A stretch of DNA of 64,000 bases, taken from positions 481,838 to 545,837 of the forward strand of contig JAXLZS010000001.1 of NCBI GenBank assembly GCA_046350775.1. Direction: 5' to 3'. The translations under genes and the position numbers were made by a program. Under the pieces are notes generated by a model, which had not been told where the DNA came from, did not search any database, and saw only the letters and a list, made by a program, of their open reading frames with translations. This DNA comes from Minisyncoccota bacterium. GTDB taxonomy: Bacteria; Patescibacteriota; Minisyncoccia; Phycocordibacterales; UBA5272. This document shows positions 49,640 to 59,094 of this stretch, in pieces. Within the stretch, counting starts at the first letter, position 1, and each line of letters opens with the position of its first letter.

Positions 49640-50791
49640 TTAATTATTATCTCCATCTAAAAATTTCATTACTTTTTCATTTAAGAGTATTTGTGTGACA
49701 TAGCTTTTCACATGATCTTCATTTGCTTCTGGCATCTGATTCATAATCTTTAACGCCTCGGCAAATACTTCTTCTTTTGACACTTCTATTTTCTCTTTTT
49801 TAGCTATTTCATTTAGAATAAGTTGTGATTTAGTTCTTTTTTCTGCTGTCTCACGCCAATCTTTTTTAATCTCTTCTTCAGTCTTTTTGATATGCTCTAG
49901 ATACTCTTCCCATTTACTGCCATATCTTTCCATATCAGCTTTCATGGTTGCCTTCATCCTCTCAAGCTCATCTTCTATTAGGATCTCTGGTAATTTTATA
50001 CTTGTCTCTGCTACCAATCTTTCTAAGATATGATTTCTCTTTTTGTCTAAAAGCTTTGAATTTTTCTCAAGAGTAAGATTTTCTTTTATTTTAACTTTTA
50101 AATCTTCTAAAGTCTTGAAATTTTCTCCAAAACTTTGAGCAAATTCATCATTTAATTCTGGAAGACTATCATCGGCCTTGTTTCCATTTTCCTCAACATG
50201 TTCATGGCTCTCAGTATGCACTGTGCCATCTTCATGGACATGCCCGCCAACATTTCTAGCTTTGCGAAGATTTTCTAATACTTCTAAAAGTTCTTCATCG
50301 CTAACAGTAGTAAGATTTTCTAATGTAGCTTTGTCATTTTTCTTTTTTAATTCATCTAATTCATTTTTTATGACAGATTCAGATTCTTCTTTTGAGATTT
50401 TTTTATAATCAGCTAAATCTACTTTTGGTAAAATAGGGAATACGGCCTCATACTCAAAGTCAGAGCCTTTACCGATTTTAGTGATTGAAATTTTAGGATT
50501 TGAGATAGGTAGTATTTTCTCATCATCTTTCTTATTTTCATTTTCTTTTACTAGAGAATTATAATAAGTCTCATTGATAGCCAAGTGGGCCATCTCTTCT
50601 AAAATGATCATCTCTCCATATTTTTCTATTATAAGATTTTCAGGAGCGTTTCCTTTACGAAATCCATCAATTTCTACAAATTCTTGTACTTTTTTAAATC
50701 CAAGATCGTGATATTTAGTAAAAGCCTCACTGTCGATATTCACTACTAATTTCATCTCGCCACTATCTAATTTTTCAAATTTTGTTTTCAT
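49640..50791 (-). CDS. tig: Trigger factor lacking the FKBP PPIase domain
   Basis: IDGFRKGNAP ribosome-binding motif; LPELNDEFA; C-terminal domain; terminator at 49594-49628. Confidence 0.92.
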   Translation of the reverse strand: MKTKFEKLDSGEMKLVVNIDSEAFTKYHDLGFKKVQEFVEIDGFRKGNAPENLIIEKYGEMIILEEMAHLAINETYYNSLVKENENKKDDEKILPISNPKISITKIGKGSDFEYEAVFPILPKVDLADYKKISKEESESVIKNELDELKKKNDKATLENLTTVSDEELLEVLENLRKARNVGGHVHEDGTVHTESHEHVEENGNKADDSLPELNDEFAQSFGENFKTLEDLKVKIKENLTLEKNSKLLDKKRNHILERLVAETSIKLPEILIEDELERMKATMKADMERYGSKWEEYLEHIKKTEEEIKKDWRETAEKRTKSQLILNEIAKKEKIEVSKEEVFAEALKIMNQMPEANEDHVKSYVTQILLNEKVMKFLDGDNN

Positions 50792-50797
50792 ATTTTT

Positions 50798-51322
50798 CTA
50801 TTTCTTCTTTTTAAATAATTGAATTGATTTCTTTATCACTTCTAGAGTTTCTTTTTTGTCGTGAGTACTTGGTATTTCTACTTTTTTATTTTCTAGCATT
50901 TTATAGGTCTCAAAGAAATGATTTATCTCATCAAGAGTATGAGGATTTATGTCTTCTATATCTTTTAGATTTTTAAATCTAGGATCATTCTCTGGTACGG
51001 CTATGACTTTCACATCTGATTCATTGTTGTCTATCATATTGATATAGGCTATAGGTCTCGCTTCTACCAATACACCAGGATGAATAGAATAAGAGGTGAG
51101 TAATACGACATCTAGAGGATCTCCATCATGCCATAAAGTATTTGGTATAAATCCATAATCAAAAGGATATGATTGGGCAGTATACATGACTCTGTCTAAT
51201 TTTATGAGTCCTGTATTTTTATCTAATTCATATTTATTTTTTGATCCTTTTTCTATTTCTATAATCACATTAATTGTGCCATTTTTGTTTTGTGGCTTTA
51301 TTGTTTTTAAAATGTTTTTCAT
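50798..51322 (-). CDS. ppa: Inorganic pyrophosphatase, family I
   Basis: KYELDK, YPFDYGFIPNT, DGDPLDV, HFFETYK. Confidence 0.96.
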   Translation of the reverse strand: MKNILKTIKPQNKNGTINVIIEIEKGSKNKYELDKNTGLIKLDRVMYTAQSYPFDYGFIPNTLWHDGDPLDVVLLTSYSIHPGVLVEARPIAYINMIDNNESDVKVIAVPENDPRFKNLKDIEDINPHTLDEINHFFETYKMLENKKVEIPSTHDKKETLEVIKKSIQLFKKKK

Positions 51323-51332
51323 AAAAATTATT

Positions 51333-52631
51333 TTATTCTTCTATGATTTTTTGTCCTTCTGCTAGGTGAGATACGTCAGATTCAGTTTTATTTTCATTTT
51401 CTTTTAATTCTTCTGCGATCTCTTGATCAATACTTTCACCATGAGCCTCTGGTTCATCTTCTAAAACTTCTCCATCTACAACACCCTCATCATCAGCCTC
51501 TACAATCAAGTCTCCACCCTCACTTGTGACGTCAATTTTCCATCCGGTCAATTTAGCTGCTAGGCGTACATTTTGTCCTCCACGTCCAATAGCGAGTGAT
51601 TGCTCCTCGACACTGACTTTCACAGAAGCTTTTTTCTCTTCTTCATCTATCTCAATACTAAGAACTTTGGCAGGGGAAAGAGATGATGAAATATTTTTCT
51701 TTATATCATCACTCCACTCTATGATGTCTATTTTTTCTCCACCTAGTTCGTTAGTTATAGCGTTTACTCTCACGCCACGTTGACCAACACAAGCTCCAAT
51801 AGGATCAACTCTCTCATCATTACTTTTTACAGCGATTTTTGATCTTGCTCCTGGCTCACGAGCTACAGAGATTATTTCTACTGTACCTTCTGATATTTCA
51901 CTTGATTCATTTTTAAATAATTCAATCAAAAATTTTGGATGGCTTCTTGATAGGCGAATTGAAAGACCACGAATACCTTCTTCTAAAGAAAATAAATAAG
52001 CTTTAATTCTTTGTCCTGGATGAAATCTTTCTCCTCTGATTTGTTCTTCAAAGGGAAGTATAGCTGTAGTTCTACCAAGATCTACAAAAATATTTCCACG
52101 CTCCATCCTTTGGACTATTCCAGATACAACTGATCCTTCTTTTCCTTCAAATTCACTAGTAATAGATTCATTTTCAGCTTCACGAATTTTTTGTACTATT
52201 ACTTGCTTGGCTGTCTGTGCAGCAATACGGCCAAAATCATTTTTGTTTTCTAAAGAAAAAGAAATCTCTTCTCCTAGTTCAGCATTTTTCTTTAGGAGTT
52301 TGGCGGTAGACATAAGAATGTGTTTTTCTTCGTTGTATCTAGGGAGGACAATTTCATCTTCATTAGCTTCTTCAGTGGTAATTAATTCTTCTTCATCATC
52401 TTCTACTATTCTCACAGTAGTCTCATCTGCGACAATTTTAATTTGCTCAAAAGTGGTTTCTCCTGTATCAAAATTTATATGACAACGAATTAGTTGTCCT
52501 TTTTTTCCATATTCTTTTTGATAAGCTGCAGCTAGAGATTTTTCTACTGCATCTATAATTCTCTCGCGAGATATTTTCTTTTCTTGCTCAATAGTATTTA
52601 GGGCAAGATTGAGGGCTTTTATATCTAACAT
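51333..52631 (-). CDS. nusA: Transcription termination/antitermination factor NusA
   Basis: FGRIAAQTAKQVI, AREPGARSKIAV, DPIGACVG, SLAIGRGGQNVRLAAKLTGWKID. Confidence 0.97.
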   Translation of the reverse strand: MLDIKALNLALNTIEQEKKISRERIIDAVEKSLAAAYQKEYGKKGQLIRCHINFDTGETTFEQIKIVADETTVRIVEDDEEELITTEEANEDEIVLPRYNEEKHILMSTAKLLKKNAELGEEISFSLENKNDFGRIAAQTAKQVIVQKIREAENESITSEFEGKEGSVVSGIVQRMERGNIFVDLGRTTAILPFEEQIRGERFHPGQRIKAYLFSLEEGIRGLSIRLSRSHPKFLIELFKNESSEISEGTVEIISVAREPGARSKIAVKSNDERVDPIGACVGQRGVRVNAITNELGGEKIDIIEWSDDIKKNISSSLSPAKVLSIEIDEEEKKASVKVSVEEQSLAIGRGGQNVRLAAKLTGWKIDVTSEGGDLIVEADDEGVVDGEVLEDEPEAHGESIDQEIAEELKENENKTESDVSHLAEGQKIIEE

Positions 52632-52660
52632 AATTTTATTTATTTTTAAATTTTTGAATT

Positions 52661-52746
52661 AAAAAAATCGAGCACTGCTCGACCTGACGACTCACATTAC
52701 TACCTAATAATAAATATATATTACCAAATCATTTTTAAAAAGTCAA
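52661..52746 (-). promoter_or_regulatory. nusA promoter with terminator-like leader hairpin
   Basis: TTGACT-17-TAATAT (52746-52718); leader hairpin TCGAGC-AGT-GCTCGA followed by T7. Confidence 0.6.
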
Positions 52747-52792
52747 ATAAAAAATCCCGACTCGAGCCGGGATTTTTAAATCGCAGTCTTTT

Positions 52793-53242
52793 TTATTTTC
52801 TGTCCTCTAGCCACCTAAACCAAAAGATTAATGCTAAAAACATGATCACAAAAATTATTATTCCAAGAGGAATATAGTTTGTCTCATTAGAATAATGATC
52901 TCTTTGATCTGGGGCTACCAGTATCATGTTTTCTTTTGTATCCAAATACAATATTCCGGAGGATACAGTATGGATTTCTTTTGTGTACAGATTAAGCCAT
53001 CTCTCTTTAGCTTTGTGCTGGTAATCAACACAAACAGTATCGAGATTATTTTGTATCATGAAGTCCAGCTCCTCACGATAATCTATGGCCTCTTCTGAAA
53101 TTTTATAAAACATTTTTGTCCCAGAAGAATCGAATACTCCATACTCCATATTTCTGTATTCAATTATTTTTTTCTGGCCAAAAGAAAAAGATTGAAAATA
53201 GAAGATGATGATTAATGACAGAACGAACAAAATTTTTTTCAT
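52793..53242 (-). CDS. Hypothetical protein, signal peptide plus C-terminal TM
   Basis: Own promoter; terminator AAAAATCCCG..CGGGATTTTT at about 52750-52777. Confidence 0.65.
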   Translation of the reverse strand: MKKILFVLSLIIIFYFQSFSFGQKKIIEYRNMEYGVFDSSGTKMFYKISEEAIDYREELDFMIQNNLDTVCVDYQHKAKERWLNLYTKEIHTVSSGILYLDTKENMILVAPDQRDHYSNETNYIPLGIIIFVIMFLALIFWFRWLEDRK

Positions 53243-53394
53243 CGCGTAAAATTTATTGATTTAAAATTTGGTTTTGAAAAAGCTGAATTTAAACTATCAC
53301 ATTATAAAAACTTTGTCAAACAAAGAAAAATAACATATAAAATTATTTTACATGTTAAAAATATTTTTTTGTATAGCGTGATAAAATTATCTGT

Positions 53395-54987
53395 ATGTAC
53401 TATAGATATATAGTCGCCATTACGTCAGGTTTATTTTTAGGATTAATTATTTCCTACAAATTAGATTTCTCTACAGAAATATTTTTCGTCTCTCTAATTT
53501 TAATATTTATAAATTTTTTGATTTACAAATTCCAAAAAAGATCTTTTGGGGTTTATAAATCTTTTGTGCCGATCTTAGTATTAGTATTTTTTATTGGTAC
53601 GGCTCTCGGAATATTACTGGGCCAATATGATTTGTCTTATGATTTAGAAAAAAAAAATAATTTTCAAAATTATATTTCACAGAAAAATGATTTTGAAGGA
53701 ATGGTAAGTAATGTGTCCATTTCACAATCATCTCAAAAATTTATTTTAAACGTAAATGATGAAACGGAAATTTTTAAAATAAAAATAATCACAGGACTTT
53801 TTCCAAAATATAATTCAGGAGACATGATATCTGTATCAGGAAAAGTCTCTGACGGTGATGTGGTTTTACCAGACATTACACAAAGTAAAAAGTCCTTTAA
53901 TGTAAAAGACAAAGATGATCTACTGGATATAGATGGAGAGATGGCTTTTCCAAAAATAAAATTTGTCTCTGAAAGTGTTTCAGGAAACGTATTTTCTAAA
54001 TTGGAAAATACAAAAAATAATTTTCTAAATATTTTAGAAAAAGATATACCTCTCGATGCGGCTGCCCTTTCGGCTGGTACTACTTTGGGCGACTCTTCCC
54101 TCTTCACAAAGGAGGATATAAATGCGTTTCGTGTTTCCGGTCTTTCACATATCATAGTCTTGTCTGGATTTAATATTACAATTTTGATTTTTGTTTTGAT
54201 TTATATTTTTTCATTATTTCGTTTAAGATTATTTTGGCGTGTAACGCTATCAATTTTTTCTATAATATTTTTTATTTTATTTGTGGGTGGCGGACCGTCT
54301 CTTGTGAGAGCCGGGATCATGGGAGGTGTCTTACTTATAGCTTCACTCTTTGGTAGACAATATATCGCAAAGCAAGCTTTGTTTGTCTCTGCATTTTTTA
54401 TGATGATAGCAAATCCTAAAATTGCTCTCTATGATGTCTCTTTTCATTTGTCTTTTTTAGCGACATTTGGGATACTATATCTTGTGCCAATATTCGACAA
54501 TTATAGATTTTTTCAAAAAGACAAAAACGATAAAATCGAGTACAATCTTTCAGAAAATAAATCCGAGAAAGATAAAAATAAATTTTCAAAAAAAATCTGG
54601 GATAGTATTTTGGAAATATTAAAAGTCACACTAGCTGTACAGATCATGGTCTTGCCATACATAATGTTTGTCTTTGGAAAGGTGTCCATCTTTAGTCTCA
54701 TCGCAAATATTTTAGTTGTACCACTAGTGCCGGTCATCATGCTCCTCTCTGTGTTGATTTTATTTTTTTCTTTCTTTGCAAATTTTATATCAATATTTTT
54801 AGGCTGGGTATCTTATCTATTTTGTGAGTACATATTTATCATCGCAAGATTTATTTTTACTTTACCTTTTTCACAAGTTGAAAATTATATTTCAGGTTTG
54901 ACTTTATTTTTACTTTATCTGATTTTATTTCTTTTTATATATTTTGAAAACTTTAGACAAAAGATAAATTCATATCTGAATAGTTAA
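53395..54987 (+). CDS. comEC: ComEC/Rec2 competence channel (OB + Competence domains)
   Basis: FRVSGLSHIIVLSGFNI, PSLVRAGIMG, DVSFHLSFLATFG, ANILVVP. Confidence 0.93.
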   Translation: MYYRYIVAITSGLFLGLIISYKLDFSTEIFFVSLILIFINFLIYKFQKRSFGVYKSFVPILVLVFFIGTALGILLGQYDLSYDLEKKNNFQNYISQKNDFEGMVSNVSISQSSQKFILNVNDETEIFKIKIITGLFPKYNSGDMISVSGKVSDGDVVLPDITQSKKSFNVKDKDDLLDIDGEMAFPKIKFVSESVSGNVFSKLENTKNNFLNILEKDIPLDAAALSAGTTLGDSSLFTKEDINAFRVSGLSHIIVLSGFNITILIFVLIYIFSLFRLRLFWRVTLSIFSIIFFILFVGGGPSLVRAGIMGGVLLIASLFGRQYIAKQALFVSAFFMMIANPKIALYDVSFHLSFLATFGILYLVPIFDNYRFFQKDKNDKIEYNLSENKSEKDKNKFSKKIWDSILEILKVTLAVQIMVLPYIMFVFGKVSIFSLIANILVVPLVPVIMLLSVLILFFSFFANFISIFLGWVSYLFCEYIFIIARFIFTLPFSQVENYISGLTLFLLYLILFLFIYFENFRQKINSYLNS

Positions 54988-54996
54988 AATACATTT

Positions 54997-55983
54997 ATGC
55001 AAAGTACAAATCTAAAAGAAATATTTTTTTCACTAAAGACAAAAATAAAAAATTTTAATAAATCTTATGGGAGAATTTTTTGGGTTTTAATTTTTATAAT
55101 TTTATTTTTTATTTTGATTTATATTTATGAAAATATTTTTTCTTCTCAAGACTTACAAATAACTTTCTTTGATATTGGTCAGGGTGACGCAGCTCTGATC
55201 AAAACTCCTGGTCGAGAAAATATTTTGATAGACGCCGGACCAAATAATCTGATTTTGAAAAAATTAGAAGACTCACTTTCTATTTTTGATAGGAATATTG
55301 ATCTGGCTATACTCTCACATCCGGACGCTGATCATGTGGCTGGATATATTTCAATTTTTCAAAATTACAAAGTAAAAAATATTTTAGAAAATGGTGACGA
55401 GACAAAAGAGAGTGAGATCTATCAAGAAATAAAAAAATCTATTCAAAAGGAAAAAGATGAATATGATACAAAAGAATATTTTGCGAATTGTGGCGATGAG
55501 ATTTCTTTCCCTGGTAAGCGGGATGAAAAATTAAAAATCTATATCATACATCCGATGAAAAATAATTTAGTCATCAATGATACAAATGATAACTCTATAG
55601 TCGCTCTCGTCACTTTTGATCAGTATGGATTTCTTTTTACCGGGGACGCCAGTCAAGATGTAGAAAAGAAAATATTTTTTGAAATAGAAAATTGTTTTAA
55701 TAAAAATGATAGCGAGTCCATAAAAAAATATTTTAAAGATCTGACAGTCTTGAAAGTCTCACATCATGGATCAAAGTCTGGCAGTAGTGAGGATTTTATA
55801 AGAAAAATTAGTCCAGAATATTCTATTATCAGTGCGGGCAAAAATAATAGATATGGTCATCCAAATGACGAGGTTCTAAAAATTTTAGAAAAGTATAGTA
55901 AAAATATTTTGAATACCATAAATGACGGTGATATCACTTTTGTGACCGATGGAAAAAATTTAATTATTAAAAAGTCAAGATGA
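54997..55983 (+). CDS. ComEC-type metallo-beta-lactamase domain protein (separate gene)
   Basis: DIGQGDA, IDAGP, SHPDADH, NDNS, FTGD, HHGS, NRYGHP. Confidence 0.9.
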   Translation: MQSTNLKEIFFSLKTKIKNFNKSYGRIFWVLIFIILFFILIYIYENIFSSQDLQITFFDIGQGDAALIKTPGRENILIDAGPNNLILKKLEDSLSIFDRNIDLAILSHPDADHVAGYISIFQNYKVKNILENGDETKESEIYQEIKKSIQKEKDEYDTKEYFANCGDEISFPGKRDEKLKIYIIHPMKNNLVINDTNDNSIVALVTFDQYGFLFTGDASQDVEKKIFFEIENCFNKNDSESIKKYFKDLTVLKVSHHGSKSGSSEDFIRKISPEYSIISAGKNNRYGHPNDEVLKILEKYSKNILNTINDGDITFVTDGKNLIIKKSR

Positions 55984-56070
55984 TTTTGATTATATATAAA
56001 AATGTGGTATCTTTTAATTCTTAAACGTTCTTTTCAACAATTTATTTTAAACCTGTTAAATTTTTAAAAA

Positions 56071-56400
56071 ATGAATTTAGAGATAAGAGAAATCGCTGAT
56101 CTTAGAGCAATTCTTCTACTCGAAGACAAGTTGTCCCGTCAGATCTATAAAGATGCACAAAAATTGTTAATCTCTCACAGAGATGCAAACAAAGAAGATT
56201 GGATAAATATTATCGAAAATGAAAATTCAGAACCCTTAAATAGAGATCAGGCATTTTCTAAGATGTGCAGAGAAACTGCGAGAAGAGATTTACCTTCTTT
56301 ATTAAAAAGGCTTGTGTCAGAACTTGAAGATAGGCCTCACGCTGCTAATATTTTAGAAAAGGCTAAAGAATATTTAGAGCATTTTGAAGATTTTGCTTAA
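56071..56400 (+). CDS. Hypothetical protein
   Basis: 109-aa helical ORF; bidirectional terminator at about 56403-56435. Confidence 0.6.
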   Translation: MNLEIREIADLRAILLLEDKLSRQIYKDAQKLLISHRDANKEDWINIIENENSEPLNRDQAFSKMCRETARRDLPSLLKRLVSELEDRPHAANILEKAKEYLEHFEDFA

Positions 56401-56445
56401 TCAAAATCCCGTCATTTATGGTGACGGGATTTTTTCTTTTACTTT

Positions 56446-56652
56446 TTAGAGAGGCTTTACTTCTAAATGGACGCCTCTTTTCATACAGCTGGTACAGATC
56501 TTTACTCTTGGACCATTTGGAATACGAGCCCATTGTAGATTTGGATATTTTCTTCTTTTACCACAAGGGTTGAATTTGGTAGCACGAACAGAGTTGGAGT
56601 ATTTTCCTACAACTTTTGTTCCTTTTAGACATGATGGGCAGATATTTGACAT
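56446..56652 (-). CDS. rpmB: 50S ribosomal protein L28 (Zn-ribbon form)
   Basis: CPSC...KRRKYPNLQ...KICTSCMK. Confidence 0.88.
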   Translation of the reverse strand: MSNICPSCLKGTKVVGKYSNSVRATKFNPCGKRRKYPNLQWARIPNGPRVKICTSCMKRGVHLEVKPL

Positions 56653-56727
56653 AGATTTGATTTCTTAATATTCGAACATATTAACATAAAAATCTATTTT
56701 TTGCAAAGTTTAAGGAGACAATTTGAG

Positions 56728-56830
56728 TTATTCACAGAATTTTTTATAAAAGACTTGTCTTTTATAATATGTCGTTTATAATTAAAACAAGGGTGCTAAG
56801 ACTAAAGTCTTTTTGGTCTTAGCATTTTTG
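56728..56830 (+). promoter_or_regulatory. Conserved promoter module, copy A (DnaA box, palindrome, -35/-10, leader hairpin)
   Basis: TTATTCACA; TTATAAAAGAC-TT-GTCTTTTATAA; TGTCGTTTATAAT; CAAGGGTGCTAAGAC...GTCTTAGCATTTTTG. Confidence 0.75.
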
Positions 56831-56866
56831 TTTTAAAATCTCAATTTATTAAATAACTTTATATAT

Positions 56867-59068
56867 ATGAATATTACAATTAATTTAAAGAAAATAGCAT
56901 TATTTAGTGTTTTTTCTTTTGTTTTATTATTTAATTTATCATCTGTAGCTTTTGCGGCTAATGGGTGGACTATACAAACAGGAGCTGGTCAACATGCTTG
57001 GCATTCTATAACTTCTTCTTCCGACGGCACAAAGCTTGCAGCTGTAGATATTAATGGTTACATATACACTTCCACAGACTCAGGTGTCACCTGGACAGAG
57101 CAGACAGGATCAGGACAACGTGCCTGGTATACTATTGTATCATCATCTGATGGAACAAAATTAGCAGTTACAGATTCTAACAATGGTTACATATATACTT
57201 CTACCGACAGCGGTGTCACATGGACGCAACAAATAGGATCAGGACAAAGAAATTGGTATTTTATTACTTCCTCTGCAGACGGCACTAAACTAGCCGCTAC
57301 TAGTATGAGTGGTAATATTTACACTTCCACAGACTCAGGTGTCACCTGGACAGAGCAGACAGGATCAGGCTCGCATTATTGGTTTTCTATTACCTCATCA
57401 TCTGATGGTACAAAATTAGCTGCAGTGTCACGTTATGGCTATATTTACACTTCCACAGACAGCGGCGTAACCTGGACAGAGCAGACAGGATCAGGACAAC
57501 GTATTTGGCAAGATATAGCCTCTTCTGCTGATGGTACAAAGTTGGTAGCGGTAACAGACAGTAACGGATACATATATACTTCTAACGATAGTGGTGTCAC
57601 CTGGACAGAGCAGACAGGATCAGGACAATATTCCTGGAACGCTGTTAGCTCCTCTGCTGATGGTACCAAATTGGCTGCTCTTGTTTCAGAGGGTTATATG
57701 TATTTATCTAATGACAGCGGCGTCACTTGGACAGAGCAGACAAATGTTGGTCAACATGGTTGGTATTCTATAACTTCTTCAGCCGACGGTACAAGATTAG
57801 CCGCCCCAGTAATTAATAACTATATTTATACTTATGGAGAACTTGGAGCTCCAAGAGTTAATTTAATAGCAGCTTCTATTTCTGGCTCTAATTCTATTTC
57901 ATTAAGTGCTTTTTCTACAACAGAAAGTACAATTAGAGGTTTTGAATATGGTTTAACAGCCAGCTACGGTTCTTCAACAGAAGAAACTGGGGATCTTGGT
58001 GTAGGTATATTTACAGCTAATTTGATAGGGCTAGAAAATAATAGAATCTATCATTATAGAGCTTATGTTATGAATTCTGCTGGAACAACTTATACGTCTG
58101 ATAACACCATTCTTCTTCGATATCAATCTTGGACAGAGCAGACAGGATCAGGACAACACACCTGGGTATCTATAGCCTCATCTGCAGATGGTACAAAATT
58201 AGCAGCAGTGGATTCTGCTAACGGATACATTTACACTTCCACAGACTCAGGTGTCACTTGGACAGAGCAGACAGGATCAGGACAACGTTCTTGGAGATCA
58301 ATTACTTCCTCTTCTGACGGTACAAAACTAGCGGCAATAGATCAAGGTGGGTATGTCTACACTTCCACAGACTCTGGAGTAACATGGACAGAGCAGACAG
58401 GATCAGGACAAAAAATGTGGACTTCGATAACATCTTCTGCTGATGGTGTAAAATTGGCAGCAACTGTAGCTTTAGATGGATACATTTACACTTCCACAGA
58501 CTCTGGAATAACTTGGACAGAGCAGGTAAATTCTGGACAGTATAATTGGCAGACAATTAGTTCTTCAGAAGATGGAACAACAATTATTGCTGCAGCGACT
58601 GATCCTTGCGGAGGATGTATGGGCTTCGGATATGTATCTATTTCAAAAGATAGTGGTCTTACTTGGACAGCCCAAGAGTCAATAGGTTCTCATTCATGGT
58701 CTTCAGTATCTTCTTCTGCTGACGGAACAAAATTGGTCGCGGTAAACGGTGGTTTTGGTTATGTTTACACTTCTACAGATGGTGGCACAACATGGACAGA
58801 GCAAACTGGTTCTGGAGATCGTAATTGGCACGCTATCACTTCATCTTCGGATGGAACTAAATTAGCTTTAGTGGACGGGGAATATGTATACACATCTAAT
58901 GATGGCGGCATAACCTGGGTACAAAATCTAGGGTCCACTCAACATAATTGGTTTTCTATAACTTCTTCATCTGATGGTACAAAATTAGCCGCCGGAACAT
59001 CTAATGATTATATACATACTTACAAAAACGACTTTCCCCAAGCCCAAAACGTATCAGTAGAATATTAA
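56867..59068 (+). CDS. Secreted double beta-propeller (BNR/Asp-box repeat) surface protein with central FN3-like domain
   Basis: About 14 repeats of W.SI.SS.DGTKLAA....GYIYTSTDSGVTWTEQ; central YHYRAYVMNSAG; signal peptide. Confidence 0.9.
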   Translation: MNITINLKKIALFSVFSFVLLFNLSSVAFAANGWTIQTGAGQHAWHSITSSSDGTKLAAVDINGYIYTSTDSGVTWTEQTGSGQRAWYTIVSSSDGTKLAVTDSNNGYIYTSTDSGVTWTQQIGSGQRNWYFITSSADGTKLAATSMSGNIYTSTDSGVTWTEQTGSGSHYWFSITSSSDGTKLAAVSRYGYIYTSTDSGVTWTEQTGSGQRIWQDIASSADGTKLVAVTDSNGYIYTSNDSGVTWTEQTGSGQYSWNAVSSSADGTKLAALVSEGYMYLSNDSGVTWTEQTNVGQHGWYSITSSADGTRLAAPVINNYIYTYGELGAPRVNLIAASISGSNSISLSAFSTTESTIRGFEYGLTASYGSSTEETGDLGVGIFTANLIGLENNRIYHYRAYVMNSAGTTYTSDNTILLRYQSWTEQTGSGQHTWVSIASSADGTKLAAVDSANGYIYTSTDSGVTWTEQTGSGQRSWRSITSSSDGTKLAAIDQGGYVYTSTDSGVTWTEQTGSGQKMWTSITSSADGVKLAATVALDGYIYTSTDSGITWTEQVNSGQYNWQTISSSEDGTTIIAAATDPCGGCMGFGYVSISKDSGLTWTAQESIGSHSWSSVSSSADGTKLVAVNGGFGYVYTSTDGGTTWTEQTGSGDRNWHAITSSSDGTKLALVDGEYVYTSNDGGITWVQNLGSTQHNWFSITSSSDGTKLAAGTSNDYIHTYKNDFPQAQNVSVEY

Positions 59069-59094
59069 TGATATAATAATCAAATAATAAAAAT

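Noticed and set aside
57061-58530. CRISPR array or DGR template/variable repeats
   Set aside because: Repeats are in-frame protein blades with about 130-nt period; no cas or RT gene; differences not seen to be adenine-specific
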